A stretch of DNA of 64,000 nucleotides from Vitrella brassicaformis CCMP3155. Lineage: Eukaryota > Protista > Chromerida. Below the pieces are notes generated by a model. That model ran no database searches. It worked only from the letters and a program-made list of their open reading frames with translations, and was not told the DNA's origin. Of the stretch, positions 1-11,877 are shown piece by piece. The position numbers were made by a program, and so were the translations under genes. The stretch covers positions 1-64,000 of the forward strand of contig CDMY01000305.1 in the NCBI GenBank assembly GCA_001179505.1, given 5' to 3'. How positions within the stretch are numbered: the stretch's first letter is position 1; every line of letters begins with the position of its first letter.

Positions 1-215
1 CCAAGGACCAGCCGCAGGCCAACTGGCTGCCGGCACCCAAGGGAGTCTTCTCAATCGTGCTGCGCCTGGTGAGACAGCCAGAGGCATGGATGGATGGATG
101 AATGGATGGATGCCACATCTCTCTGCTGCTATCTGTCTGATCGCATCTGCAGTATTGGCCCAAGCAATCGGTCGTCGACGGACTCTGGACGCCGCCGCCC
201 CTCGTCAGGGCGTGA
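1..215 (+). CDS. 3' end of a DUF1254/DUF1214-type protein (5'-truncated by window)
   Basis: Removing the GT-AG intron 69..152 joins KDQPQANWLPAPKGVFSIVLRL to YWPKQSVVDGLWTPPPLVRA* (TGA 213..215). This matches the NWLPAP..F...LRLYWP...DG.W.PPP C-terminus I recognise from DUF1214 proteins. Confidence 0.8.
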
Positions 216-593
216 CAGAGAGGGCAGGTGCGACAGTGAGCGATGCTGATTCGCCTTTTGTAGTCTGTATGTAGTCCGTCGCTTGTCACACGACCTGCCG
301 TCACGGCGCCTTTTTCGTATGGTGGCTGCTTGTGGATATCTCGCATGTTCGTCTTTTATAGGACGTTTTGATGTGGGTGTGGTGTGGGGGGCATAGGCGA
401 GAGATTGATAGTCAGCGCAGTACCATGAGATGCAATATATAGGCCATCATAGCAGTCATAGTTATTGTCTCCGTGAGATGCCTTTTTTCAATGGCAGCAA
501 GGGAATGCGACGACGGGGTGACCATGACTTGCAGACAGTGCAGAGAAGCCAGTTCGAAGAGTAGTGAGACAGACGGTAGCTGACGGTGCGTAC

Positions 594-698
594 GATGCGT
601 GTGATCAAGTGACGAGACATGACCCCTACGCCTCGATATTCAGCGCCTGCGTGTCAAACCGGTCCACGGGCTCATTCCCGGTCGTCGGCACGGGCTGA
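594..698 (+). repeat. Direct repeat copy 1 (105-bp core; looser similarity about 519..713)
   Basis: gatgcgtgtgatcaagtgacgagac...ggtcgtcggcacgggctga recurs at 4168..4272 with about 5 mismatches. Confidence 0.9.
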
Positions 699-1043
699 CA
701 GGATGCTCCTCCACTCGGGCGCATCATCAGATTCAATGCCTCCTCGGTGCGCATTCCAGAGCTTCCATGGAGGCACGGGCGAAAATTTGAGATGCTGTGA
801 CGGTGGAGTGTGCCATGTTGAGGTTGGGAGTGTCAGTTTGGGGGTATCGGACGTCATTGCGCCTTCATTTGAGGGTGCCATCGAAGCATGGTCCATCATG
901 GCATGTACATCACACAAAGCGTCCGCATGAAACACTACAGTGCATGCAATACAGTACAGTAACAGTGCAGTGGTCCTACGCCTACTCCCCCACCCCGTCT
1001 CCGCCCCCCTCGCGACTCGACGATCGCCATTCCGCTGTTCAGA

Positions 1044-3658
1044 ATGGACAACACAAACCAAGACGACCCTGTTGACCCCAGCAACCACCCCAGCAACCAC
1101 CCCAGCGGCACCACTGGCAGCCCTCCCGGCTCGAATGAGCCATCTTCCGCCGCGTCAATGAAGATGACGGAGCCCGAAACCGAGAGTAACGACGTTGCCC
1201 AGACATTTCCCACGATAAGCCTCATCATGACAGTGCGGCTGAGTCAAATTGAAGGGGACAGCAGCTCCCCTGTCATCGAGCCATCTGACCACTGGTCTGC
1301 TGAGTCTGTCTGGTCTGACAAAGAAGTCGACGTCACGGTCACGGAACAGCCAGAGTATGATCGGGGGAAGGTCGGGGGGCCAGCGGAATACCCAAGCGAC
1401 TGCAACTTGCCCGCATTGCCGAGGGAGAGGGGTGACTGGCAGCTGATGCCGACGCAGCGCACCTTCCGTGAGAGAGTGGAGCGGTTCTTCAGTGTTTTCA
1501 TCGCCCGAGACCCGCCCAGCGAGCGGCGCGGGAGGAGCCGAGATGCGGTCATGATGGAGGAAGCGGGCCTTCCGAGGGGCGTGAGGGAGCAGGAACTCGC
1601 CATTGCCGCTGTGGAGAGAGAGTTCCACGACGCCGCAGGATACAATGCCGCGTGAGCATCGACTTCGGGCTATGGGTGTTCAAGACATTTGCACATGCAT
1701 TTGTGTTTCATGCAGGTACCAAGAGTTTGAGACACGACTGCGATACGAGGAGGCCGAGGGCCCTGACGGTCTCATGGTCGATGTGCTGGTTCCACCGAAA
1801 GCCGCTCAGCCGCACTGTGTGGCGCTCTCTCCACGTCATTTTCCATCAAGTGGCTGCTGCGACCGGCATCGCTGCCGTGTGGGTGGTGCTGTATACGCTC
1901 TACTGGCTTTCCTGTGAGGACACGAGCGTCGATGTGCCTTGGATCATCCTCGACGTCGCCAGGAGAGTACTGATTGTGGGCACTTTCTGGCTCAGTGTCA
2001 CCCTCATGGTCGAAGGCGTTGGGGGCGATTGTCTCTACAGGTGCCGGAGACGGTTGCGAAAGTCGTGGCTCATCGTGTTTCCTCTGCTGGTCTTCACCCT
2101 CCTGACGTCCATTTCCCACCATGTCCATCTGTCGTCGATTGTCCAGAACGTCTTCCTCGGTCCAGCCCTTTACATCTGCATCGGTATGTATGCCTTCTCT
2201 CCGTGTCTCCTTCTGAAGGGTTCGTGTCTCGTGTGTCGGTGTCACTGTGCTTGCAGGTGCGGTGACCCCCTACCTGTTCTATCGTCAGGCGACCGATGAC
2301 ATGAACATGAGTTCCGTCAGAGAGAAGAGGATATACGCCCTGCAGGCCGCCTTGACGTGGTTCATGCCGATCATCACCCATACCATATGGCTCGTGCTGT
2401 TCCTGCCACTAGCAACGAAGGCGCAGTCGGACGCTCGCCGCACCAAGATTGCATTCATTGCGCTCATTGTCGGCAGGCCTTTCATAGGTCAGCACGAAAT
2501 CAAATGAAAGAACAAGTCGTCCGTCCACACGCAAGGACAGTTCGTGTCTCTGCCTGTCCTGCAGGCATAGCAATCGCCACAGCCCGGTTTATCAATCACG
2601 GGCCCCCAACTCGGACAGCTCCACTGATCTTCCCCTCGGCGGTCCTCTACCTCAGCGTGCCCCGGTTGATCCAGGCCCGTATGGAGTCGGTAGAGGCAAA
2701 GGTGGTCAACTCTTTGCTGTTCGCCACATTCGACTTCCTCACCGACCTGTTTCTGCCTTACGGTACGGTTGGGTGCCGTATTCCTTTTCGACGCTCACGC
2801 ACGAGACATACGAACGAACGGACGATTGTTGCTGTTCTCTGCTTGCGCCCAGGTGACATCATCAAGACCACTTTGTGGCGCCACATAAAGGACAAGTGCA
2901 TCAGCGCAGCCAACACCAGCGTCATGACTTTGAAGCGCAAGGATTCGGGCCAGGTGTCCCCCTCCCGCGCCGGCAGCACCAGCAACATCGACAAGACCCG
3001 AAGCCCCTCAATCCTCTCCCGCAGTGTCACCAGCTGCGCCAAGGAGTCGGCTGCCGCCCGGGGTGGGAGACAGAAGTCGACCCTTCAACGTGCGCTCAGC
3101 AGCATGTCGACCATGACCACATACACTCGACGAGTGTTCGACCTACGACTGGCGTATGTGTGCAGAGACACCACCCCCAGATACCTCAGAGCTCTCTCCG
3201 ACGGGCTGCACGGTTTCAACCTCAGCGAGCTGAGCATTTTGGTGTTCTTCAATGTGTTGATGCTCACGCTGGAGCAGATCCTGCAGCCGGGCTACGCGTC
3301 TCTGTGTGAGCGGCTGGCGACTCTTGCGGTACTCATTGTGATCGAGGCCATTCTTGAGTGGCTCCTCTTCATCGTAAGCAAAGAAGGGCCGGCACCAAAA
3401 CGCAAAGAGCCAATGTCCTTGTGTGTGTGTGTGTTGTAGTATGCCGTGAGAGTGGCCAACCTGCCGCTGCTGAGGATGGAGAGCGAGCCGGGAGTGCGTG
3501 TGCTCCGTGTGGTGACGCTGCTGTGCAGTGGGATCTTAATCTTCAACAGCATAGCGCCGTTTGTCTTTTTCTTTAGCGTCCGTGCGCTGGACGAGCGATA
3601 CCAGTCTGTGGACGAGAAGCAGATGTGTGGCCACTACGCCTTTGTGTTTCGGACATGA
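1044..3658 (+). CDS. Multi-exon polytopic membrane protein (~9-10 hydrophobic segments, acidic N-terminus, Ser/Thr-rich loop), function unknown
   Basis: ORFs 1044..1655, 1652..2299, 2247..2507, 2357..3439 and 3446..3658 link through GT-AG introns (e.g. 1652..1715). Hydrophobic runs include IAAVWVVLYTLYW, WLIVFPLLVFTLLT and LAVLIVIEAILEWLLFI. Confidence 0.7.
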
Positions 3659-4167
3659 GCGTGTGACGGGACTCGCGGGAGAGAGACAGACACATCACAT
3701 GAGAGGTGAAGCGAAGCGTCATTATGGTATGGTATGGTCAGTCAGTCAGTCAGTCAGCTGTTTGTGCGTCCACAGAATCAATGCCACCGAGAGAGAGCGT
3801 CTGTCACGATGCATTTTTGTAGTTTGGTGTCTGTCTGTGGTCGGATGGTGTCTTTTTCCAGCCGGCCATGTGGCTGCCATTCCTGCGGTCATGCATGGCG
3901 CCGTTTTCGCATGTGCGCATGGGTTCCTGCTAAGCCAGTTGACGGTGGGGGGGATGAATATCCGTGCTTAATCTCTTAGCTTCAAGGCTATATGACGTCA
4001 GCTGAATGATGGGTAGAGGTTGACAGGCTGGCTCGACGGCGGTGTCAGGTGTATTTTTCCTCTCTGTTGTGGATGAGGTGAGGTGAGGTGTGACCATGAC
4101 TCGCACACAAGGCAGAGAAGTCAGCTCGAGGATCAAGGAGACAGGCGTCTGACACTGACAGCTGCCT

Positions 4168-4272
4168 GATGCGTGTGATCAAGTGACGAGACACGACCCC
4201 TACGCCTGGATATGCAGCGCCTGCGTGTCACACCGGTCCACGTGCTCATTCCCGGTCGTCGGCACGGGCTGA
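4168..4272 (+). repeat. Direct repeat copy 2 (105-bp core; looser similarity about 4091..4293)
   Basis: Near-identical to 594..698, same orientation. Confidence 0.9.
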
Positions 4273-4502
4273 TCATGACAGAGTGCTCCTGCACACTACA
4301 TGCAGCGCATCCATGAGAGCGTACACGCAGCAATCACACGCACAACAGCATAAATGCCTCCTATCACCTCATCTGACCTCCCTAGACAGCAAAACACGGC
4401 CATGTGACACGCAACAACAACGCAGACAGCACAAGACACGTCGAGTCGACAAACGTCAAGACATGTCAGACGTCAAAGTGCCCAGGGCCCTCCCTACTAC
4501 TG

Positions 4503-6155
4503 ACTGCTACGATACATTTCACCTTATCCACACAACACAACACACCACATATCGCCGTGAGACAGACAGACATTCACAAACATGCCAGCCAGCCACTCAG
4601 TCAGTCAGTCAGTGTTTGGCGGCAGCAGTCCTGGCATGGCGGGGGGGCTGCTCGGCCTCTGCTCGGCATCCAGCCGCGGCGATGTCGTGGTGGCCCATCC
4701 CACTGATGAATGGTCCGACACAGTGCGGCCCTTCCGCTGTGGCCGCGCACGGTCAGCATCGATGGCCGACATGGTGGGCGACACGGGACACCTCCACTCG
4801 CCCCCATGGTGGTCCTCCTGAGCGTGTAACGGCCCCCCAGGAGGCATTATCAGCTGACTGCACACACACACACACACACAGAGAGACAAAGGGAGAGGCG
4901 TGTGCAGTGCAAAGCAGTGGTGGTGACATTGATGGCCTTGCTTGAAGGCACTAATTACGGAGTCAGGATGGATGGCTCGTCGCGGCACTTCTGGGGAGAG
5001 TAATCGGTCGAGAAGGGCGTGTGCGTGAAATGAACCGACCCAGCCTGCACACACACAGACAAACAAGAGAGCTCTCCCTCCGTGTGTGGGCGTCTCTGTG
5101 TGTGTGTGCCGGGGGGGTGGGGTGGGAGGTGCTTACGTCATCCTCGTTAGCCCGTCTGTTGTTTATCATGGCGTTGAGGTGTGCGGCGGCGATCTCGGCT
5201 TTGGCCGGGTCGTCGCGGTACTTGATGACGTCATCCAGAAAACCCAACTCGCCACGCAGCGTGTCGTGCCTGATGGATGCGATGCGATGGATGGGGGGAT
5301 GGACCACATGCATATTGACTAACCACTCTCCTCTCTCGTGTGTGTGGGTGTGCATGGCTTGCCGGTACTGGACTCGCATGTTGGGAAGGTTGGTGTGCCT
5401 GGCTGAGTTGCCTGCCGGCCCCGGCCGCTTGTAGCTGGAACCAAGCCAATGACGCTTGTACTGAGGCTCGAAGTTGCTGCCCAGACAATCAAGGCACAGC
5501 ACATACCAACCAATGTCCCTCCCTCCCTCGCCTCGTGTGTGTGTGTGTGTGTGTGCTGTGCGTACCTCATGAGCACAGACAGCCTGGCGATTTCACAGAG
5601 ATCCACGTTGGACATCTTCCACACATGCTGACCTCACACAGACAGAGAGACACCGACATCCTCCATCCATCCATGAGTGTGTGTGTGTGTGTGGTGGCCT
5701 ACGGCAGCGATTGAGTACTCCTCCAGCAGCGGTTCGTCGGTGTAGTGGAACATGAGAGGGTCGTCGGTCGACAGAGACACGTTCATGCCGATCTTGAAGT
5801 ACTGCGGGAAGGGATTCTTCGCTGTGTGCCATAAACACACACACACACACACACATAAAGAGACGCCTGCCTGCATTTGTATGTTTGGGTGCGTGTGCGT
5901 GTGTGTATGTGTATGTTCCGGGGGGGTGGGGTGGTAGGATAGCATAGCAACCACACCAAGTTCCAGGAAGAGTGCGTTGTTTGAGAGCGGCGACATGGCC
6001 AGGCCGATCTGCTTGAGGTAGAAGAGATACTGAAGCACCGGGCTCTTCTTCAACTACACAACACATAGAGGGAGGGAGGCATTGAGGCACCCAGCCAAGC
6101 AGCCACAGCACAGCACAGCCACTCAATCAATCCATCAGCACGTCCCTCACGTACC
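4503..6155. repeat. 1653-bp block duplicated at 9062..10714
   Basis: Constant offset of 4559 bp. All ORF translations in the two copies are identical, implying equal microsatellite lengths. Each copy abuts an N gap at one end. Confidence 0.95.
4605..6155 (-). CDS. AMPD: AMP deaminase, C-terminal exons (duplicate copy)
   Basis: Exons [64 protein letters not shown] and [11 protein letters not shown]; probable stop at 4605. Confidence 0.85.
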
Positions 6156-6456
6156 NNNNNNNNNNNNNNNNNNNNNNNNNNNNNNNNNNNNNNNNNNNNN
6201 NNNNNNNNNNNNNNNNNNNNNNNNNNNNNNNNNNNNNNNNNNNNNNNNNNNNNNNNNNNNNNNNNNNNNNNNNNNNNNNNNNNNNNNNNNNNNNNNNNNN
6301 NNNNNNNNNNNNNNNNNNNNNNNNNNNNNNNNNNNNNNNNNNNNNNNNNNNNNNNNNNNNNNNNNNNNNNNNNNNNNNNNNNNNNNNNNNNNNNNNNNNN
6401 NNNNNNNNNNNNNNNNNNNNNNNNNNNNNNNNNNNNNNNNNNNNNNNNNNNNNNNC
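6156..6456. other. Assembly gap (~300 N placeholder); others at 8762..9061, 11578..11877, 30708..31007 and 55292..55591
   Basis: All gaps are about 300 N regardless of context, so they are not true size estimates. Confidence 0.95.
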
Positions 6457-7902
6457 CCCCCACACACACAAACGGACCTTCTACGTGAGCCTGGATGAGG
6501 ACCGAGAAGGCGATGAGGTCGGGCGCGACGTCCTTGCCCTGCTTGGCGTCGGCCAGCATCTGGTGGAAGAAGCGCATGGCCTCGTCCACCTGCTTGGTGC
6601 GCGCGAAGCCCTTGAGGATGGTCGTGTACATGACCGTGTTAACCACATTGCAGCTCCTGGCCTCTTCAAACACCTGATTGCACCCACAGTTGGATGGATG
6701 GATGGATGCAAGGGCTGGTGGTTGTGTGTGTGTTTGAGCACCTGCATGGCTCTGGGGAGGTCTCCCTTGTTGATGCAGGCGTCGAGTAGGATGCCGTAGA
6801 GGATGGCCGTGGGCTCCAGGTCGGTGTGCTTGAGCCCTTCCCAGAGCTCGAAGCACTCGCGGAGCCGCCCCGCCTGACCCAGCGCCTTCATCACGTTGCC
6901 GTACGTCACCACTGACACCTTCACCTGCACACTCACACACACACCACACACATGATTGATGGAGAGAGATGATGTGTGTCTGTCTGTCTGTCTGTGTGTG
7001 GCGTTGGTGTGACCGTACCCTTTGTTGCTGTATGTGTCGGAAGACTTCGAGTGTGCGCGAGAGGTCCTTCATGTGCAGACAAGACTCCATCAAACAGAAT
7101 GACACGACCTAGACAACACGCCACACATCACCCAGGCATCCACAGGGAGAGCAAGGGGGGAGGAGAGGGAGGGAGAGATCTCCCCATTCCACCTCATGCT
7201 CACCTCATGCAGTCTCGACGACTCGCTCACGCCCAGCCGTTTGAGGTACTCGAGTGCGGTGTTGAGATGGGCCTCCCGCGCCGGTCCCTGGCCGATTTTT
7301 TGCAGCCCCTTGATGAGGATGGAGCAGGTGTACTTGTCCGCCTCGATGCCCTTCCCCCCCATCTCCAGCACCAGATCCCACGCCTCGTCCAGACGCTTCG
7401 AGCGCACCGCAGCATCGATCACCGTGTTGTAGGAAATGTCGTTGGGCTGCAGACCTGATAGAGGGAGGGAACACAGAAGAGATACGTGTTTGGTGTCTGT
7501 CGGTCTGTAAGTGGGGGTGTCGCTGACCGGCGCGTTCGGACGCGCGGAGTGTCTTGAGTGCGCCGCCGAAGTCACGCTTCTGCGCGTACCCCTTGCTGAG
7601 GATGTTGAAGCTCACTATGTCCGCCAACAGGGTCTGGCCCTCTTCCCACATCTAAACACATCCATCCATCCATCCACACACACAGGTGTGCGTCCGTGGG
7701 TGTGTCAGTGGGGCGTGCGCACCTGGACGGATTCGTTGACGAGTGTTTCGGCGATCTGCAGCTGCCCTGCGCCGACACACGCGCCGAGCACGCTGTTGAG
7801 GACCAGGCTGTCGGTCTGCACGCCACTGGCCAGCATCTCACGCAACACCTTCAGGGCCGCCTGACGTGTGCAACACACACAAGACCACAAGCAGGGAGGT
7901 TG

Positions 7903-7939
<37 letters not shown>

Positions 7940-8761
7940 TATGTGTGTGTGTATACCGACCCATGCATCGTTTCTGCGGCCGTATGCGCGTATGAGTGTG
8001 GTGTATGACTGTATGCAGGGGAGCTCGTGCTGCTTGAGGGCGGCGAACAAGGCCTCCACCTTGACCAGGTCGTCGCATGCAAACGCGAAGTTGATCAGAC
8101 ACCTAATACACACATGAGTGTGGCAGAGAGGGAGGGATGGAGGGAGGGAGGGGTGGAATGGGGTGGGGTGAGGGGAAATGGGTTGTTGCGTACCTGAGCA
8201 TGGGTGCGTCGGGTTCGACGTTCTGTTGCTTCATGAGGTCGTAGAGGCCCAGCGCCTCGTCGTACATCTGCTTGGACGAGAAGATCTTCATCAACACTTG
8301 GAAGAACCCAAAAGGACACAAAATGCCATGCGCCTTGACACATCCCCGACCCACAAACACAGAGACACAGAGAGAGAGAGAGACAGACAGAGCTCCACCC
8401 ATCCACCCACATGCACACGCTCACACCTACTCACCTTCATGGTCGGTATGACCTCCTTGTGGAAGTCCTGGTGATGCCCCGCATGAGCCGGAAACGCCAC
8501 CAGGCCCACATACAGCCCCTCGTCATACCCCACCTCCGCGTCATACCCCTCATCCACAAACCGCCGGTACACCTCGAACGCCCGCCCGCTGCGCGTCTTG
8601 CACAGGTGCACGATCGCCTGGGCCATCTCCCGTGCCACCTCTGCTCTGGGCTTCTGCGGATGGTTGTCGGGGGCGGGGGCGGGGGGTGTCTGTGCGTCTG
8701 TGGTGGTGTCGATGGGGGCGGGGGGGGCGGGGGGGTCAGGGGGGTCCATCGAAACACCTAA
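6457..8761 (-). CDS. P-type pentatricopeptide repeat protein, central exons (~11-12 repeats), 3' end lost in gap
   Basis: 35-aa motifs such as DISYNTVIDAAVRSKRLDEAWDLVLEMGGKGIEAD, VVTYGNVMKALGQAGRLRECFELWEGLKHTDLEP and TVMYTTILKGFARTKQVDEAMRFFHQM, separated by GT-AG introns. Confidence 0.93.
8666..8761. repeat. 96-bp G-run block duplicated at 11878..11973
   Basis: Identical sequence encoding VSMDPPDPPAPPAPIDTTTDAQTPPAPAPD on the minus strand; each copy abuts a gap at one end. Confidence 0.95.
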
Positions 8762-9163
8762 NNNNNNNNNNNNNNNNNNNNNNNNNNNNNNNNNNNNNNN
8801 NNNNNNNNNNNNNNNNNNNNNNNNNNNNNNNNNNNNNNNNNNNNNNNNNNNNNNNNNNNNNNNNNNNNNNNNNNNNNNNNNNNNNNNNNNNNNNNNNNNN
8901 NNNNNNNNNNNNNNNNNNNNNNNNNNNNNNNNNNNNNNNNNNNNNNNNNNNNNNNNNNNNNNNNNNNNNNNNNNNNNNNNNNNNNNNNNNNNNNNNNNNN
9001 NNNNNNNNNNNNNNNNNNNNNNNNNNNNNNNNNNNNNNNNNNNNNNNNNNNNNNNNNNNNNACTGCTACGATACATTTCACCTTATCCACACAACACAAC
9101 ACACCACATATCGCCGTGAGACAGACAGACATTCACAAACATGCCAGCCAGCCACTCAGTCAG

Positions 9164-11526
9164 TCAGTCAGTGTTTGGCGGCAGCAGTCCTGGCATGGCG
9201 GGGGGGCTGCTCGGCCTCTGCTCGGCATCCAGCCGCGGCGATGTCGTGGTGGCCCATCCCACTGATGAATGGTCCGACACAGTGCGGCCCTTCCGCTGTG
9301 GCCGCGCACGGTCAGCATCGATGGCCGACATGGTGGGCGACACGGGACACCTCCACTCGCCCCCATGGTGGTCCTCCTGAGCGTGTAACGGCCCCCCAGG
9401 AGGCATTATCAGCTGACTGCACACACACACACACACACAGAGAGACAAAGGGAGAGGCGTGTGCAGTGCAAAGCAGTGGTGGTGACATTGATGGCCTTGC
9501 TTGAAGGCACTAATTACGGAGTCAGGATGGATGGCTCGTCGCGGCACTTCTGGGGAGAGTAATCGGTCGAGAAGGGCGTGTGCGTGAAATGAACCGACCC
9601 AGCCTGCACACACACAGACAAACAAGAGAGCTCTCCCTCCGTGTGTGGGCGTCTCTGTGTGTGTGTGCCGGGGGGGTGGGGTGGGAGGTGCTTACGTCAT
9701 CCTCGTTAGCCCGTCTGTTGTTTATCATGGCGTTGAGGTGTGCGGCGGCGATCTCGGCTTTGGCCGGGTCGTCGCGGTACTTGATGACGTCATCCAGAAA
9801 ACCCAACTCGCCACGCAGCGTGTCGTGCCTGATGGATGCGATGCGATGGATGGGGGGATGGACCACATGCATATTGACTAACCACTCTCCTCTCTCGTGT
9901 GTGTGGGTGTGCATGGCTTGCCGGTACTGGACTCGCATGTTGGGAAGGTTGGTGTGCCTGGCTGAGTTGCCTGCCGGCCCCGGCCGCTTGTAGCTGGAAC
10001 CAAGCCAATGACGCTTGTACTGAGGCTCGAAGTTGCTGCCCAGACAATCAAGGCACAGCACATACCAACCAATGTCCCTCCCTCCCTCGCCTCGTGTGTG
10101 TGTGTGTGTGTGTGCTGTGCGTACCTCATGAGCACAGACAGCCTGGCGATTTCACAGAGATCCACGTTGGACATCTTCCACACATGCTGACCTCACACAG
10201 ACAGAGAGACACCGACATCCTCCATCCATCCATGAGTGTGTGTGTGTGTGTGGTGGCCTACGGCAGCGATTGAGTACTCCTCCAGCAGCGGTTCGTCGGT
10301 GTAGTGGAACATGAGAGGGTCGTCGGTCGACAGAGACACGTTCATGCCGATCTTGAAGTACTGCGGGAAGGGATTCTTCGCTGTGTGCCATAAACACACA
10401 CACACACACACACATAAAGAGACGCCTGCCTGCATTTGTATGTTTGGGTGCGTGTGCGTGTGTGTATGTGTATGTTCCGGGGGGGTGGGGTGGTAGGATA
10501 GCATAGCAACCACACCAAGTTCCAGGAAGAGTGCGTTGTTTGAGAGCGGCGACATGGCCAGGCCGATCTGCTTGAGGTAGAAGAGATACTGAAGCACCGG
10601 GCTCTTCTTCAACTACACAACACATAGAGGGAGGGAGGCATTGAGGCACCCAGCCAAGCAGCCACAGCACAGCACAGCCACTCAATCAATCCATCAGCAC
10701 GTCCCTCACGTACCATAATGCCGTGGTTGATGGACTCGGCCAGCAGGTATGTGCTCGCCAGGTGGGATATCGACCCCGCCTCACCCGAATGAGGCCTACC
10801 ACACCCCGATGACATGACATGAGATTGCGAGGAGAGGCAGACACACAACACATGCCGGCCGGGTGATGTGATGCCAGGTGGTGTCTGTCTGTGTGTGCCG
10901 TGTCGTGCGTGCCACGGACCTGTAGGCCATAGTGCGCAATCCCCTGGCGGTGAGCAGCTCGTTCAGAGCCCGGATGTTGGCGTACATGTAATACATCCTA
11001 CAGATAGATAGATAACCACACACCCCGTGGTGTGTTGTGTTGACTTTGACTGACTGACTGACCAGTATGAGTATGGCGGGTTGTGTGGCTGCGTCCAGTC
11101 CTCAGGGTCGGGCAGCTCACCGCCCTCGGTGGTGAACTTTGACATGACCGACTCGTCGTCGACTGAGTCCCAGCCAGTCACCTGCACATGTGGATGGATG
11201 AATCGATGGATGGATGGATGGGTGGACAACACAAACACACACCGAGCGGCATGTCCGTCTGTCTGTCTGTCTGACCTGGTGGAGCGCCATGAAGACGTCC
11301 CGGTTGGCTTCTGGGTTGACGACCGCCTCGAACACGGGCCTAGAATCAAGGTTGACAACATACATACGAGTGTAGTGTCCTGCTGTCTGTGTGGCTGTGT
11401 GTGTTGGTCTGGTGTGTGGCTCCCTCCCTCACTGGAAGATGTTCCTGAGCATGTCGGCGAATGTGTTGACGACGCCCATCTTCTTGTAGAGCCCAAACAA
11501 CCGGGGCACCTGGATCATCCACCGCA
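9164..11526 (-). CDS. AMPD: AMP deaminase, middle and C-terminal catalytic exons (N-terminal half absent, gap upstream)
   Basis: [49 protein letters not shown] and SLSTDDPL are the AMP-deaminase family motifs, in the correct order. Confidence 0.95.
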
Positions 11527-11877
11527 CCTGGCACACACACACACACACAGACGTGTCTGCCCCTATCTGTCTCTCTCNNNNNNNNNNNNNNNNNNNNNNN
11601 NNNNNNNNNNNNNNNNNNNNNNNNNNNNNNNNNNNNNNNNNNNNNNNNNNNNNNNNNNNNNNNNNNNNNNNNNNNNNNNNNNNNNNNNNNNNNNNNNNNN
11701 NNNNNNNNNNNNNNNNNNNNNNNNNNNNNNNNNNNNNNNNNNNNNNNNNNNNNNNNNNNNNNNNNNNNNNNNNNNNNNNNNNNNNNNNNNNNNNNNNNNN
11801 NNNNNNNNNNNNNNNNNNNNNNNNNNNNNNNNNNNNNNNNNNNNNNNNNNNNNNNNNNNNNNNNNNNNNNNNNNNNN

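Noticed and set aside
1078-1110. 12-bp tandem repeat encoding PSNH
   Set aside because: Ordinary coding slippage repeat; not CRISPR-like and has no spacers.
519-4293. LTR retrotransposon interpretation of the direct repeats
   Set aside because: No gag/pol, no PBS or polypurine tract recognised, no target-site duplication (cgggg versus cacta), and the internal gene has introns.
6050-7105. ORFs running through N gaps (also 8291..9076, 11081..12028, 55012..56036)
   Set aside because: Their length is inflated by X residues; they are not real reading frames.
9062-10714. Two genuine AMP deaminase paralogs
   Set aside because: The copies are identical including microsatellites and end at gaps; an assembly artefact is more parsimonious.
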